Of a DNA stretch of 64,000 bases, positions 7,657 through 17,526 are shown in pieces; the stretch's first letter is position 1; every line of letters begins with the position of its first letter. The DNA comes from a virus. Taxonomy: Duplodnaviria > Caudoviricetes. The position numbers and the translations under genes are program-made. Location: IMG/VR virus record IMGVR_UViG_3300031555_004349, positions 1 to 64,000 of that record; one strand, given 5' to 3'. Below the pieces are notes generated by a model, which did no database searches, was not told the DNA's origin, and was given only the letters and a program-made list of their open reading frames with translations.

Positions 7657-8988
7657 ATGGGTAACCAAAAAATTACTCCTACCAATTTTATTGCAACTGT
7701 CTATGGAAATTTAACTCCATTGAACAATTCTGCTTTTTCAAAAGCAAGATTAAAAATTTTTTATAAAGGACTTAACAGAAATGGTTCATATATTACAGAC
7801 GAAGTAGCTGAAAAACTTTTGGCGACATTACCTGGAACTCCAATCGTTGGATACTTTGATGGAGACAATGATGATTTTCTAGGACATGTTTCACCAGAAC
7901 AAAATAAGCCTTACGGATTTGTACCTCAAGATATGAACTTCAAATGGGAAATGTCTTTAGACCCAGATGGAGTATATAGAACATATGCTTGTACAGATAT
8001 AGTATTATGGACTGGGCGCTATCCTATTGCCTCAAGGATAGTTGGGAAGAGTCATTCAATGGAACTAAATCCTAATACTGTAGAAGGAGAATGGGTGGAT
8101 GATGGAGATGATTTTTATTATCAATTTTCAAACGCCGAATTCTTTGGGTTATGTATTTTAGGGGATGAATACGAGCCTTGTTTTGAAGGGTCTTCATTCT
8201 ATGAATTACATAGTAATAAAGAAGAAGAAAATTCTATTTCTAACGAGCTACAAGAAATGTTTAGCTTATACAAAAGGGAACTAGGCATTGCAGATGAAAA
8301 TCAAACAGGAGGTCAAGAAATGGAAGAAGAAAACAAAGACTCTGTTGTTGAAGAAGTTGTTGTTGAAGAAGAAGTTGTAGTAAACAATGAATTAGACCAA
8401 GAAGAAAAAGTATCAGATGAAAAAGATGATAAAGAAGTAAAAGAAGAAGAAAGTTCAGAAGTTGAAGAAAACAACGAAGAAGAAAACAATGACGAAGAAG
8501 AAAAAGAAGAAGAAAAACCTGAAACTGAAGAGGTTTCTGAAGAAGAAGATAAAAAAGACGAAGAAGAAGAACAAGAAGAAGTATCTGAAGAAGAAGAAAC
8601 AAAAGAAGTTGCAGAAGAAGCTTCTGAAGAACCTGAGTCAGAAGAACCTGATTTAAATTCTCAATTAGCAGAAAAAGATGCTGAAATAGCTTCTTTAAAA
8701 GCTCAATTAGCAGAATTAAACAGCTATAAAGCACAAAAAGTTCATGAAGAAAAAGAACAAGTTATTGAAACTTATTCAAATAAATTAAGTGAAGAAGAAG
8801 TAGAAAACTTTAAATCTAAAATAGATGAATTTGAAAGCGCTATTGAGTTAAAGAAAGAAATTGCTTTATGCATTTTAGATAAAGAAATTCAAGAAGCTGA
8901 AGAATCATCAAACTTCTCTTATGTGAAATCTCACAAAGAAGAATTAAAAGGCGCAGAAGCAATTGTTGCTAGATACGCTAAAAAATAA
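7657..8988 (+). CDS. Prohead protease-scaffold fusion
   Basis: AAGGAGG RBS before ATG 7657; N-terminal NRNGS...SHSMEL...GLCILG...EPCFEG protease-like region, then Glu-rich linker and coiled coil. Confidence 0.75.
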   Translation: MGNQKITPTNFIATVYGNLTPLNNSAFSKARLKIFYKGLNRNGSYITDEVAEKLLATLPGTPIVGYFDGDNDDFLGHVSPEQNKPYGFVPQDMNFKWEMSLDPDGVYRTYACTDIVLWTGRYPIASRIVGKSHSMELNPNTVEGEWVDDGDDFYYQFSNAEFFGLCILGDEYEPCFEGSSFYELHSNKEEENSISNELQEMFSLYKRELGIADENQTGGQEMEEENKDSVVEEVVVEEEVVVNNELDQEEKVSDEKDDKEVKEEESSEVEENNEEENNDEEEKEEEKPETEEVSEEEDKKDEEEEQEEVSEEEETKEVAEEASEEPESEEPDLNSQLAEKDAEIASLKAQLAELNSYKAQKVHEEKEQVIETYSNKLSEEEVENFKSKIDEFESAIELKKEIALCILDKEIQEAEESSNFSYVKSHKEELKGAEAIVARYAKK

Positions 8989-9003
8989 TAGGAGGAAATT
9001 TAA

Positions 9004-9558
9004 ATGGCTATAAATAAAAGATTAGTAGAAAACGCTAATGGTGTTTTAGAAAAAAATAATGTTGAATACCCAAGAACAGGTAACATTATGGCTATGTATC
9101 CTTTAGCTGCAGAAGTTGAAAAAGCTGAAAACGGAATGTTATTAGGAGTTAACTATGCTAAAGGTGAAATCGTATATCCATCTGCTTCAGCAGACGCTAT
9201 AATGATTTTAGACACAGCTGAAAAAGAATATGATGCAAACGTTGCTGGTTTAGACCAACACTACATCACACCTAACTATGGATATATGCCAAGATTAGGA
9301 AAATTAGTTGTTAACGATAGATTCACAACAAGTACAGTTGCTTATGATACAGCTGTATTCGCTGATGTTGAAGCTATAGCAGCTGCAATCGAAGCTGGTT
9401 CAGTTTATGGAAAAGCTTGCGAAGTTGCTGGATTCAAAGGATGTATCGAATTAACAAAAACTCTTCCAACAGGAAAAGTTGTATTAAAAGCTATTAAAGC
9501 TACTACAATACCAAACGGAGATGCTGGAATTAAATTCGCAGTTATCAAAGCTGACTAA
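9004..9558 (+). CDS. Head decoration/cement protein
   Basis: Between scaffold and capsid; ENGMLL motif; optimal codons (TTC/ATC/AAC/TAC). Confidence 0.6.
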   Translation: MAINKRLVENANGVLEKNNVEYPRTGNIMAMYPLAAEVEKAENGMLLGVNYAKGEIVYPSASADAIMILDTAEKEYDANVAGLDQHYITPNYGYMPRLGKLVVNDRFTTSTVAYDTAVFADVEAIAAAIEAGSVYGKACEVAGFKGCIELTKTLPTGKVVLKAIKATTIPNGDAGIKFAVIKAD

Positions 9559-9589
9559 TTTTAGCAAATAATTTAAGGAGGAAAATATA

Positions 9590-10600
9590 ATGGATAAAAA
9601 TTTAAAAGATTTAGCTATTGCTGCAGTAAGAAATATGCCTGTTGCTAATTTCTCTAAAGAAGATGTTGAAACAGCTTTAAGAGAAGAATTAAAGAAAATC
9701 GCTAGTACACCACAAGATTTCGAAAGAAATAAATGGGATATCTTCGCATTAATTCAATCTGCTGCTGATGATATAATCCCAGTTAGAGTTGAACAAATAA
9801 TGGGACAATTCGCTGAAACACAACAAGTTGGACAAGGAAATAAAGCTACTTTCAAAAGAAGATTAGGAAAAAGAAGAGGAAAAACTTTTGTAACAAAAGT
9901 ATCTCCTGCTGGAACTTATGAATCTTTCAGATTAGATAGCGAAACAATGGAAATCCCTACTGAAGCTATCGGTGCATCTGCAATCGTTGATTGGGAAAGA
10001 TATTTAGACGGAATGGATGATATGTCTGATTTAGTTGACATAATCATGGAAGGATTAGAAGACGCTATTTATAAAGCAGTTTATGCACAATTAGTTGCTG
10101 CATACACAAATACAAAAATGCCAGACGCTAACAAAGTTACAGCTGCTGGATTTGACAAAGCTGCTATGGACAGATTAATAGCTGTTGTTAACTCTTACGG
10201 TGGAAACTGTGTAATATTCTGTACACAATTATTCGCTGCTAACTTAGACAACGAAATTAAAGGTTCATATTTAAATGACGCTGACAAAATGGAAGTTAGA
10301 AATCAAGGATACGTTGGAATATTCCACGGAACACCTGTTGTAACTTTACCTTTAGCTACTGAAACAGAAGCTAATTTAAAATGGGCTTATGACCCATCAT
10401 TCGCATTCGTAATGCCTGCAGGACAAGAAAAAGTTGTTAAAATCGTATTAGAAGGAGATTTACAAATGAACAGCTGGGTAAACAAAGATTGGTCAATTGA
10501 AATCCAATTCTACAAAAAATACGGTGTAGGTATGTTATACTTCAATAACTGGGGTATTTATAAAGATACTTCATTATCTGAAGACGTATTAAGTGCGTAA
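9590..10600 (+). CDS. Major capsid protein
   Basis: 336 aa, strong RBS, optimal codon bias, GYVGIFHGTPVV motif, canonical position. Confidence 0.85.
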   Translation: MDKNLKDLAIAAVRNMPVANFSKEDVETALREELKKIASTPQDFERNKWDIFALIQSAADDIIPVRVEQIMGQFAETQQVGQGNKATFKRRLGKRRGKTFVTKVSPAGTYESFRLDSETMEIPTEAIGASAIVDWERYLDGMDDMSDLVDIIMEGLEDAIYKAVYAQLVAAYTNTKMPDANKVTAAGFDKAAMDRLIAVVNSYGGNCVIFCTQLFAANLDNEIKGSYLNDADKMEVRNQGYVGIFHGTPVVTLPLATETEANLKWAYDPSFAFVMPAGQEKVVKIVLEGDLQMNSWVNKDWSIEIQFYKKYGVGMLYFNNWGIYKDTSLSEDVLSA

Positions 10601-10627
10601 TTAATGTTTACAAATTGTAAAATTTGA

Positions 10628-10659
10628 GTTTACGGTGGGCGCGAAGCCCACCAGTAAAC
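10628..10659 (+). other. GC-rich stem-loop after the capsid gene (no U-tract)
   Basis: GTTTAC-GGTGGGC-gcgaa-GCCCACC-a-GTAAAC. Confidence 0.7.
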
Positions 10660-10680
10660 GAGTTTAAAGGAGGAAAATCA

Positions 10681-11169
10681 ATGAGTGATTTAAGTAAAAT
10701 AAGAGTAGTGGTTAAGAGTTTAGTTCCTGGAACTGTAACATATAGTAATGAATTTAGACATGTTCGTAGAGTATGGACAAGACAAAATCAAACAGTTGTC
10801 ATTCCAGCTGATGAATTACAAGAAAGTATTTATGATATAGGTGTGTATAATTTATTCCACCAAGGATACTTAGGAATTGATAATGCCGAACATAGAAGAT
10901 TAATTGGATTAGATGATGATACTTTTGGCACAAACGCGCCATTTAGTACAGAAGATGCTAGAAAACTTTTATTAGAAGAAACTAACTTAGAAAACTTTAG
11001 AAAAAGAATTAGTGTTTTACAAAAAGGTAGTATCGATGTTTTAATTACAGAAGCTTATAATATTAGAAATGTAAGCTATGATAAATTAAACATTATGAAA
11101 GAAGTTTTAGGTGTTAATATTACTAATATGTTAGTTAATGACGAAGAACCAGTACAACCAAATAAATAG
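10681..11169 (+). CDS. Hypothetical head-associated protein
   Basis: AAGGAGG RBS before ATG 10681 (MSDLSKI...); ORF-track start 10624 lies just before the hairpin and is unlikely. Confidence 0.65.
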   Translation: MSDLSKIRVVVKSLVPGTVTYSNEFRHVRRVWTRQNQTVVIPADELQESIYDIGVYNLFHQGYLGIDNAEHRRLIGLDDDTFGTNAPFSTEDARKLLLEETNLENFRKRISVLQKGSIDVLITEAYNIRNVSYDKLNIMKEVLGVNITNMLVNDEEPVQPNK

Positions 11170-11184
11170 TAATGGAGGTGTAAA

Positions 11185-11646
11185 ATGGGCACTCCATTTA
11201 GAGAAGTATATGATGCTTTCTTAGGGAAAATAGACCAAGATGAGTGGAATTTATACACTGATTTGGAAATGTTAGAACAAGACTGGTTTATGTTATTGAA
11301 AAGCGCAGTCGAACGTTTTATGTTCCCTAGAGTTAGTTTAGAATATTCAGTTGAAGCACAAAGCTTTACTGAACAACTTGGACAACAAGAAATTCAAATC
11401 TTAGCAGTTTTTATGAGAAATGAATGGTTAAAAAGAGCATTATATTCTTGGTCATTAATTAGACAAGAATATAGTACCAAAGATTTCCAACTTACCTCTC
11501 AGGCTAATCATATGGATAAATTAAAACAATCAGTTGATTTATCAGATTATGAATGTAAACATATGATTAATTTATATAGTAGAGTTATCGAACATAAACC
11601 TGTTGATTGGACTGCAAAATTCGCAGGAGGTAATTATGGAGAATAG
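11185..11646 (+). CDS. Putative head-tail connector (adaptor)
   Basis: Position after capsid; TPFREVYDAFL N-terminus; GGAGG RBS. Confidence 0.55.
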   Translation: MGTPFREVYDAFLGKIDQDEWNLYTDLEMLEQDWFMLLKSAVERFMFPRVSLEYSVEAQSFTEQLGQQEIQILAVFMRNEWLKRALYSWSLIRQEYSTKDFQLTSQANHMDKLKQSVDLSDYECKHMINLYSRVIEHKPVDWTAKFAGGNYGE

Positions 11647-11923
11647 AGATATAGAAGAAATTAAAGAAGGATATCTTAATAAGTTAAAAGGTAAATTTTA
11701 TGGCTTATTAAGAGAAAGAGAAAAGCAAGGCGAATGGGAAGCTTTTCTTGGAACTATTGAAATAGAATTAATTGGTTTAGAGCAACAATTAGCTTCAATT
11801 GATTATTATGAATTGAGAGCTAAAGTTAGTTCTTTAAGATATCTAAAATTCTCTTGTTTCAGAAAGACTATTTTTGAATGCATGGAATTAATAGGTTCTT
11901 TTAGTAAAACTGATGAGTTATAG
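11636..11923 (+). CDS. Hypothetical neck-region protein
   Basis: GGAGG RBS before ATG 11636. Confidence 0.65.
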   Translation: MENRDIEEIKEGYLNKLKGKFYGLLREREKQGEWEAFLGTIEIELIGLEQQLASIDYYELRAKVSSLRYLKFSCFRKTIFECMELIGSFSKTDEL

Positions 11924-13148
11924 TTATTATGAGGTTTTTCAACAACGTTGTTTCAATAAAGGTCTTGGTTTAAAACAAGCGGTTGAAGCGCAAGTTGAAC
12001 ATAATTTTCAAAAGTTCTTAAAAAGTTCGCCAAATGCAGTTGATATAAAATTAAACAATAAAGGCAACTCTATTAGGGTTGCTACTCTTTCGAATAAAGA
12101 AAATGATACTTTATATAGAAGATATTTTCTTTGTGATAAAGCTGATAATATAAAAGTTGGAGATTTTTTATATTGGGAAGATACAGTTTGGCTAGTTTTT
12201 AAAAAAGAAATTGATACAATTGATGCCTATGATAAATTTGATTGTATTCAATGTAGACATACAATTAAATGGATTAATAGTGTTGGAGTTTTGAAAGAAA
12301 CTCCTTGTTATTTAGTTGCGCAAACTGATGAAAAAATCAAGTCTAATTTTAGAACTTGGAACAATATGATTACTCCACAACCAAACAAGTTTATGGAAAT
12401 TATAACTAGTAGAAATGATATTGAATTAGGACAAAAGTTTTTAGTTGACGAAACTGCTTGGTTTGTAGTTGAAAGCGACTACATAAGTGTAAAAGATATT
12501 TTGTACTTATCTTTAACTGAAGATAAAGTAGATGAATATGTTGATGATGTTGAAAATAATATAGCTAATATTATTGATTTGAATAAGTTTGAGTTAGATA
12601 TTCAAAGTAATGAGATTAGTTTAGGAATAGATGAAGAATATCAGGTTGAAGGAAGAATTTATTTGAATGGAGTTTTTTATTCAGATGATATTGAATTTGA
12701 AATAGTGGAAGGTAGAAGAAATATTGAGGTTTTTGAAAATGAAAGTGGAAATTTAATAATTAAAGCACTTTCTGTTGGAGACTCTCATGCGCGTATTTTT
12801 ATGACTGACCATCCTGATATTTATCAAGATTTAACTATCACGATTAGTGAAACAGCGCAAGAACCTATTATTACTTATGAATTGCGTGGAGACGCAAGCA
12901 TTAAATGGGGTAGAACTAAAGTTTATCAATTTGTGGAAATCACTAATGGAAGTGAAAAACTAGTTCCTTGTACTTTCACCATCGAAGATAGCGAAAACTT
13001 ATTAATAGAAAAAGAAATTAAATCTTCTTCAATTGTTTTAACAGCCAATGAAGATAATAGAACTGGTGTGATTAAAATAATTGTAGAAAATGAAAATTTA
13101 GAAGAACCGCTTGTAAAAGAGGTTAAAATAGTAAGTTTATGGATGTGA
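11913..13148 (+). CDS. Putative head-closure protein with beta-rich (Ig-like) C-terminal extension
   Basis: Neck position; IKVGDFLYW...CRHTIKW; beta-rich acidic C-terminal half. Confidence 0.5.
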   Translation: MSYSYYEVFQQRCFNKGLGLKQAVEAQVEHNFQKFLKSSPNAVDIKLNNKGNSIRVATLSNKENDTLYRRYFLCDKADNIKVGDFLYWEDTVWLVFKKEIDTIDAYDKFDCIQCRHTIKWINSVGVLKETPCYLVAQTDEKIKSNFRTWNNMITPQPNKFMEIITSRNDIELGQKFLVDETAWFVVESDYISVKDILYLSLTEDKVDEYVDDVENNIANIIDLNKFELDIQSNEISLGIDEEYQVEGRIYLNGVFYSDDIEFEIVEGRRNIEVFENESGNLIIKALSVGDSHARIFMTDHPDIYQDLTITISETAQEPIITYELRGDASIKWGRTKVYQFVEITNGSEKLVPCTFTIEDSENLLIEKEIKSSSIVLTANEDNRTGVIKIIVENENLEEPLVKEVKIVSLWM

Positions 13149-13159
13149 GGTGAATAAAT

Positions 13160-13654
13160 TTGGCTACTCAAAGAAGATTTGAAGTTATGGGAGAAGATAT
13201 CTTTAAAATGATAAAGAAAATTCAAGCCAATCAGAAAATTTTAAAATTATTAAAATATACTGATAGTGACCCTCTTAATCATCCAGATTTAACTCAAGAT
13301 GAGATAGATGAAATGTTACACAAAAATATTCAAATTATACCAAAATTACCAGACCATTACGACGAGAAATTATGTACTGTTGCTATAATATTAAATAATT
13401 ATGATATAGACCCAGTCAATCAAGATTTCAAAACTGCAACGGTTCGTTTTGATATTTTGTGTCCAATGGATAGATGGGTTATTAATGCTAAAACTCTAAG
13501 ACCTTATTTAATAATGTCTGAAATTGATACAATGTTTAATGAAAAAGCAATAGCTGGCATTGGTAATTTGAGTTTTATAACAGCAAGGCCTCTAGTTGCT
13601 TCACCGCAATTGGCCGGTTATTCGTTGGTTTATGGACATTACGAATTTAATTAA
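13160..13654 (+). CDS. Putative tail completion/terminator protein
   Basis: TTG start with GAGGTG RBS; LRPYLIMSEIDTMFN...GIG motif; precedes tail genes. Confidence 0.5.
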   Translation: MATQRRFEVMGEDIFKMIKKIQANQKILKLLKYTDSDPLNHPDLTQDEIDEMLHKNIQIIPKLPDHYDEKLCTVAIILNNYDIDPVNQDFKTATVRFDILCPMDRWVINAKTLRPYLIMSEIDTMFNEKAIAGIGNLSFITARPLVASPQLAGYSLVYGHYEFN

Positions 13655-14414
13655 TATTGAAAAGTTTATGGCAGGAGTTCCTATAGAAATACCTGCAAAA
13701 ACAGAAGGGGAAGAAAGAATTTTGTGTACTGTCTATCCCGTAACTTTAAGACAAATTGCGACTGTAGGGGCTAAAAACTTTTACAGTTATCTTAATGTTT
13801 TTACATTAAATAAAGAAGATGTTGACGAGTACTTTGCAAACGAACAAATGGATATGGATTTAACTCCTTTTCAATTTTTGTTAGTTATGACGCAAATGGA
13901 CTCGCAATATTATATAACCGTTCAGGAGGCATTTAAACTATTTTTGCACGAAGATAATTTTACTCTTTTAAGACAAAATGAGGCAATTGTGTTAGGAGAT
14001 ATAAATGATAATCGAGTAATTGATAGCGAAATGTTTGAAGTTATTAAAAAAATTGTTGAAGCTTCAAATATATTAGATACCGAAAGTTCGGAGGCGCGAA
14101 TGGATAATCCTTCTGATGCCAAAGCAGCGCAAATTATTAAAAAATTGAAAGAAGGAAAGAAAATGCGTGAAAAAGCTAAAGGAAATTCTAGTTTAAGTTT
14201 TTCTGATTTAGTTGCTTCTCTTGCGGCAGGCGGTAATGGGTTAAACATATTAAATGTTTGGGATTTACCTTATTATGCATTTAATGACCAATTTAAACGT
14301 ATGCAAATGAGAGAAGAATATGAAAATACTTATAGAAGTTTATTAGCTGGCGCAGACCCTAAAAAGGTAAAATTAAGATATTGGGTTGATACAATCCAAG
14401 ACAAGAAAGATTAA
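13632..14414 (+). CDS. Putative tail assembly chaperone-like protein
   Basis: C-terminal NILNVWDLPYYAFNDQF motif; adjacent to tail tube; start uncertain. Confidence 0.4.
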   Translation: MDITNLINIEKFMAGVPIEIPAKTEGEERILCTVYPVTLRQIATVGAKNFYSYLNVFTLNKEDVDEYFANEQMDMDLTPFQFLLVMTQMDSQYYITVQEAFKLFLHEDNFTLLRQNEAIVLGDINDNRVIDSEMFEVIKKIVEASNILDTESSEARMDNPSDAKAAQIIKKLKEGKKMREKAKGNSSLSFSDLVASLAAGGNGLNILNVWDLPYYAFNDQFKRMQMREEYENTYRSLLAGADPKKVKLRYWVDTIQDKKD

Positions 14415-14429
14415 TAGGAGGAAAAATAT

Positions 14430-15206
14430 ATGAACATGTTTGAAAAATATGGTTTAAAAGAAGTTGCTAACGTAACATTCTATGATATAACAACTAAAAA
14501 ACCAGTTTTATTCTTAGATACATTAAAAGTTTCTACTATCGAACAAACAGCTGAAAGTACAGAAGCTAGAGGTGGATGGGGAAATCCAGCTTTAATTACT
14601 TGGGATTATAACAAAGAAGTTAACGTAACATTAGAAGATGCTTTATTCTCAGCTGCATCATTAAAAACTATAATGGGTGCTGGAATTGAAGTAGCTACAG
14701 CTGCTAATACAAAATTAATCGAAGTTAACGAAAACTTAACAGTTGACGTTGATGGAAAAGCTACTTTATCTTATGCTGCTAAAGCAGAAGAAAAAGTATA
14801 TGCTTTAGATGCAGCTGCTGGAGAATATGTTGAATTAACATTATCAGAAGCTGATAATAAAGTTGTAATTCCTGAAACAGTTGCTACAAAAGGAAGCGCT
14901 GTTCAAGTATTCTATAAAGTTGAAACAACTGGAGAAGATAGCGCTGTTGAAATCACAATTGGTGCTTCTCAATTCGGTGGAACATACAAAGTAGTTGGAG
15001 ACACTATCGTAAGAAGTGAAAAAACAGGTAAAGACGAACCATTCCAATTCGTTATCGAAAAAGCTAAAATCCAATCTGAAGTTACATTCACAATGGAAGC
15101 TGAAGGAGACCCTGCTACATTCAACTTACCTTTAAAAGTTTTAAGAGATGAACATAACCAAATGTTCAAATTAATTAAATACAACTTAACTCCTTTCTCT
15201 GCTTAA
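14430..15206 (+). CDS. Major tail (tube) protein
   Basis: Strong RBS, optimal codon bias, EARGGWGNP motif, followed by a terminator. Confidence 0.75.
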   Translation: MNMFEKYGLKEVANVTFYDITTKKPVLFLDTLKVSTIEQTAESTEARGGWGNPALITWDYNKEVNVTLEDALFSAASLKTIMGAGIEVATAANTKLIEVNENLTVDVDGKATLSYAAKAEEKVYALDAAAGEYVELTLSEADNKVVIPETVATKGSAVQVFYKVETTGEDSAVEITIGASQFGGTYKVVGDTIVRSEKTGKDEPFQFVIEKAKIQSEVTFTMEAEGDPATFNLPLKVLRDEHNQMFKLIKYNLTPFSA

Positions 15207-15223
15207 TTAGAGATTGGTAAATA

Positions 15224-15259
15224 GGGGATAGGAGATTTACTCCTGTCCCCATTTTTTTT
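15224..15259 (+). terminator. Rho-independent terminator
   Basis: GGGGATAGGAG-loop-CTCCTGTCCCC followed by a T-run. Confidence 0.85.
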
Positions 15260-15277
15260 ATTTTAGGAGGAAAGTTA

Positions 15278-16096
15278 ATGGAAAACACACAAGACTATTT
15301 CGGATTAAAAGAATTACGTTCAGTTGTTATCCGCGCGAAAGGAGATATTACTATTGGTAATAGACACTTTGAAGACGGAGAGCCTGTACTTTATTTTGAA
15401 AAAGTTCAAATTAGTGAACTAAAAGAGGGGAAGAGTATTAAAGCTGCGCGTGGAGGTTTTCATAATTATCCTCACGTAGTTTGGGAAAGTTTTAATGATT
15501 TAAGCTTTCAAATGACAGAAGGCGTTTTGTCTAAAATGAGTTTCAGTATACTTTCTAGTGCTGAAATTTTTGATAAGGGAGAAGATGAGAAAGATATAAT
15601 TAAAGTTCCAAAGCGTGAAACATTAACTGTTTATAATGGAACAATTAAACCTTTACATGCTCCTTTAGAGGAAAAATTATTCGTTTATTTATTAGACGAT
15701 GATGGAATTATAACTGAGAAAATTAGTGAGTTTATATTGATTGATGGAACTATTGAGTTAGACGAGAAATATAATGATAAACAAGTAGTTGTTGATTATT
15801 ATTTCGAATATGCTAACAAATATTCTCAATATATATTAGGAAGTAAAAGAATTGACGGATTGCTTAGTCTTGAAGGTAAAGCATATTTTCAAGATGATAA
15901 ATATGGTCTTAAAAAGACGTTTTTATTTGAGATACCAAAAATGAAAATTACATCTAATTTGGATATAATAATGGGAGAAAAGGCAAGTCCGACAGTTTCG
16001 GTCTTTAGTATAATTGGTTTACCAATAAAGGAGAATAATCAGTGGGTGGTTTCAAAAATGAATTTACTTTCTGATGACATAGATAGTGATATATAA
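15278..16096 (+). CDS. Tail tube paralogue (minor tail protein)
   Basis: Shares FGLKE / PVLYF / ARGG motifs with 14430-15206. Confidence 0.65.
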   Translation: MENTQDYFGLKELRSVVIRAKGDITIGNRHFEDGEPVLYFEKVQISELKEGKSIKAARGGFHNYPHVVWESFNDLSFQMTEGVLSKMSFSILSSAEIFDKGEDEKDIIKVPKRETLTVYNGTIKPLHAPLEEKLFVYLLDDDGIITEKISEFILIDGTIELDEKYNDKQVVVDYYFEYANKYSQYILGSKRIDGLLSLEGKAYFQDDKYGLKKTFLFEIPKMKITSNLDIIMGEKASPTVSVFSIIGLPIKENNQWVVSKMNLLSDDIDSDI

Positions 16097-16110
16097 TAAA
16101 GATTTTAAAT

Positions 16111-16143
16111 GCGGGTTAGCCTTTGAGCTAACCCGTTTTTTTT
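16111..16143 (+). terminator. Rho-independent terminator
   Basis: GCGGGTTAGC-ctttga-GCTAACCCG followed by T8. Confidence 0.85.
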
Positions 16144-16161
16144 GTTAGATGGAGGTGAAAT

Positions 16162-17514
16162 ATGGCTTTAAAAGGACAATCTGATGAGCAAGTAATTCAG
16201 AGTGGTTTAAATGAGTTATCTAGCTTACAAAAACATGGATATTTGCATAACTATCAGGGCAATTATGAAGCAATTGGTGGAGAATTTGAAGATATTGAAA
16301 TTTTAATGATGGATTCACTATATAAAAAATTAATTGCAAAACAAAAAGCTGAGGAACAAAAAATTTATCAAATTTTAGAAGTAAAAGACATTGATGAATT
16401 AAATGAAAAATATTTTAACGAAGTTGGAGACAATTCTTTGCTAGAAATGAATATCGCAGATATTTTTTCAGAAGCTAGTAAAAAGGCTTTTTCTGATGGA
16501 AATATTACTAGAAACAAAAGTAACGAAAGTGCTTTTGCAAATGTTGTTCAGTCTACTATGGAAGAAATGCTTGAAAAAGAATATGGCATGACCAATCCTG
16601 AATTAATTAAACAATTAGCCAACGGTTTGGGAATGAACGTTGCTGCACAATTGGCAAAACAATTTGATAAAAAGAAAGGCAAATCTCGTTACATGAATAA
16701 ATATATTTCTGATTTAGCTAATAAGATGCGTAGTCAATGGAAAGGAGATATTCTTGAACAAGAAACTGCTATTGTTATGCAGCGTTTGGTTGATAATTTA
16801 AAAGGCAGACGAGGTAATGTAACTATTACTGGAAAAACCACTAGAAATGGTAAATCTATAAAAGCAGATGATACAATAGTTATTGATAATGATTTTACAA
16901 TAGGTATTTCTGCAAAAAATTATCAGCTACCTAAAAATGGTAAACAATTGGAAATTACTTTACATAGTTCGGGTTCTTTAAGAAATTTTTATAATTTAAT
17001 TGAAAATATGCAGTTGAATGGAGAAAATTCTATTAATATTACCGCTATGAAAAATTTAGCAAAAGAATTTCAAAGTCCATATTTTAAATATCATTTAATA
17101 AATCAAGCTGCATTTGCGGGCACTAAAAAAATTAGTGGAACAGATGTGGGTCAAAATATGTTAAAATTTATAAAATATTGTTTGCCATTATTTATGGGTA
17201 CACAATTAAAAATTGAGGGAGATAAGATTAATGTAGATTTTTTTAATATTAATGGAAAATTAATACCGGCTTCTACTATTATGGAACAAGTGTTTAATAG
17301 CGCGAGTGGGTATGGAACAAGAATTAATCTATATTCAAATTATCAAATCCCTTGGGTTGAAATGAGGAGTAAAAAATTAGACGCGCCTTTTGATGGGATA
17401 AATTACTATTCGAAAGAAGCTCAACAAATAGGTGGTTTCTATGGAAATAATTTATACGAACAGATAAATGTAGGAAGAATACATTTACGAATTGCTTTAG
17501 CAAAATTAAAGTGA
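16162..17514 (+). CDS. Uncharacterised 450-aa protein, possible restriction-endonuclease-like fold
   Basis: GGAGGTG RBS; KGDILEQ...KADD...GISAKNY. Confidence 0.5.
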   Translation: MALKGQSDEQVIQSGLNELSSLQKHGYLHNYQGNYEAIGGEFEDIEILMMDSLYKKLIAKQKAEEQKIYQILEVKDIDELNEKYFNEVGDNSLLEMNIADIFSEASKKAFSDGNITRNKSNESAFANVVQSTMEEMLEKEYGMTNPELIKQLANGLGMNVAAQLAKQFDKKKGKSRYMNKYISDLANKMRSQWKGDILEQETAIVMQRLVDNLKGRRGNVTITGKTTRNGKSIKADDTIVIDNDFTIGISAKNYQLPKNGKQLEITLHSSGSLRNFYNLIENMQLNGENSINITAMKNLAKEFQSPYFKYHLINQAAFAGTKKISGTDVGQNMLKFIKYCLPLFMGTQLKIEGDKINVDFFNINGKLIPASTIMEQVFNSASGYGTRINLYSNYQIPWVEMRSKKLDAPFDGINYYSKEAQQIGGFYGNNLYEQINVGRIHLRIALAKLK

Positions 17515-17526
17515 GGTGAATAGTGA

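Noticed and set aside
8261-8734. Leu-rich (-) and Lys-rich (+, 8462-8656) ORFs
   Set aside because: Shadow frames of the GAA-rich scaffold linker
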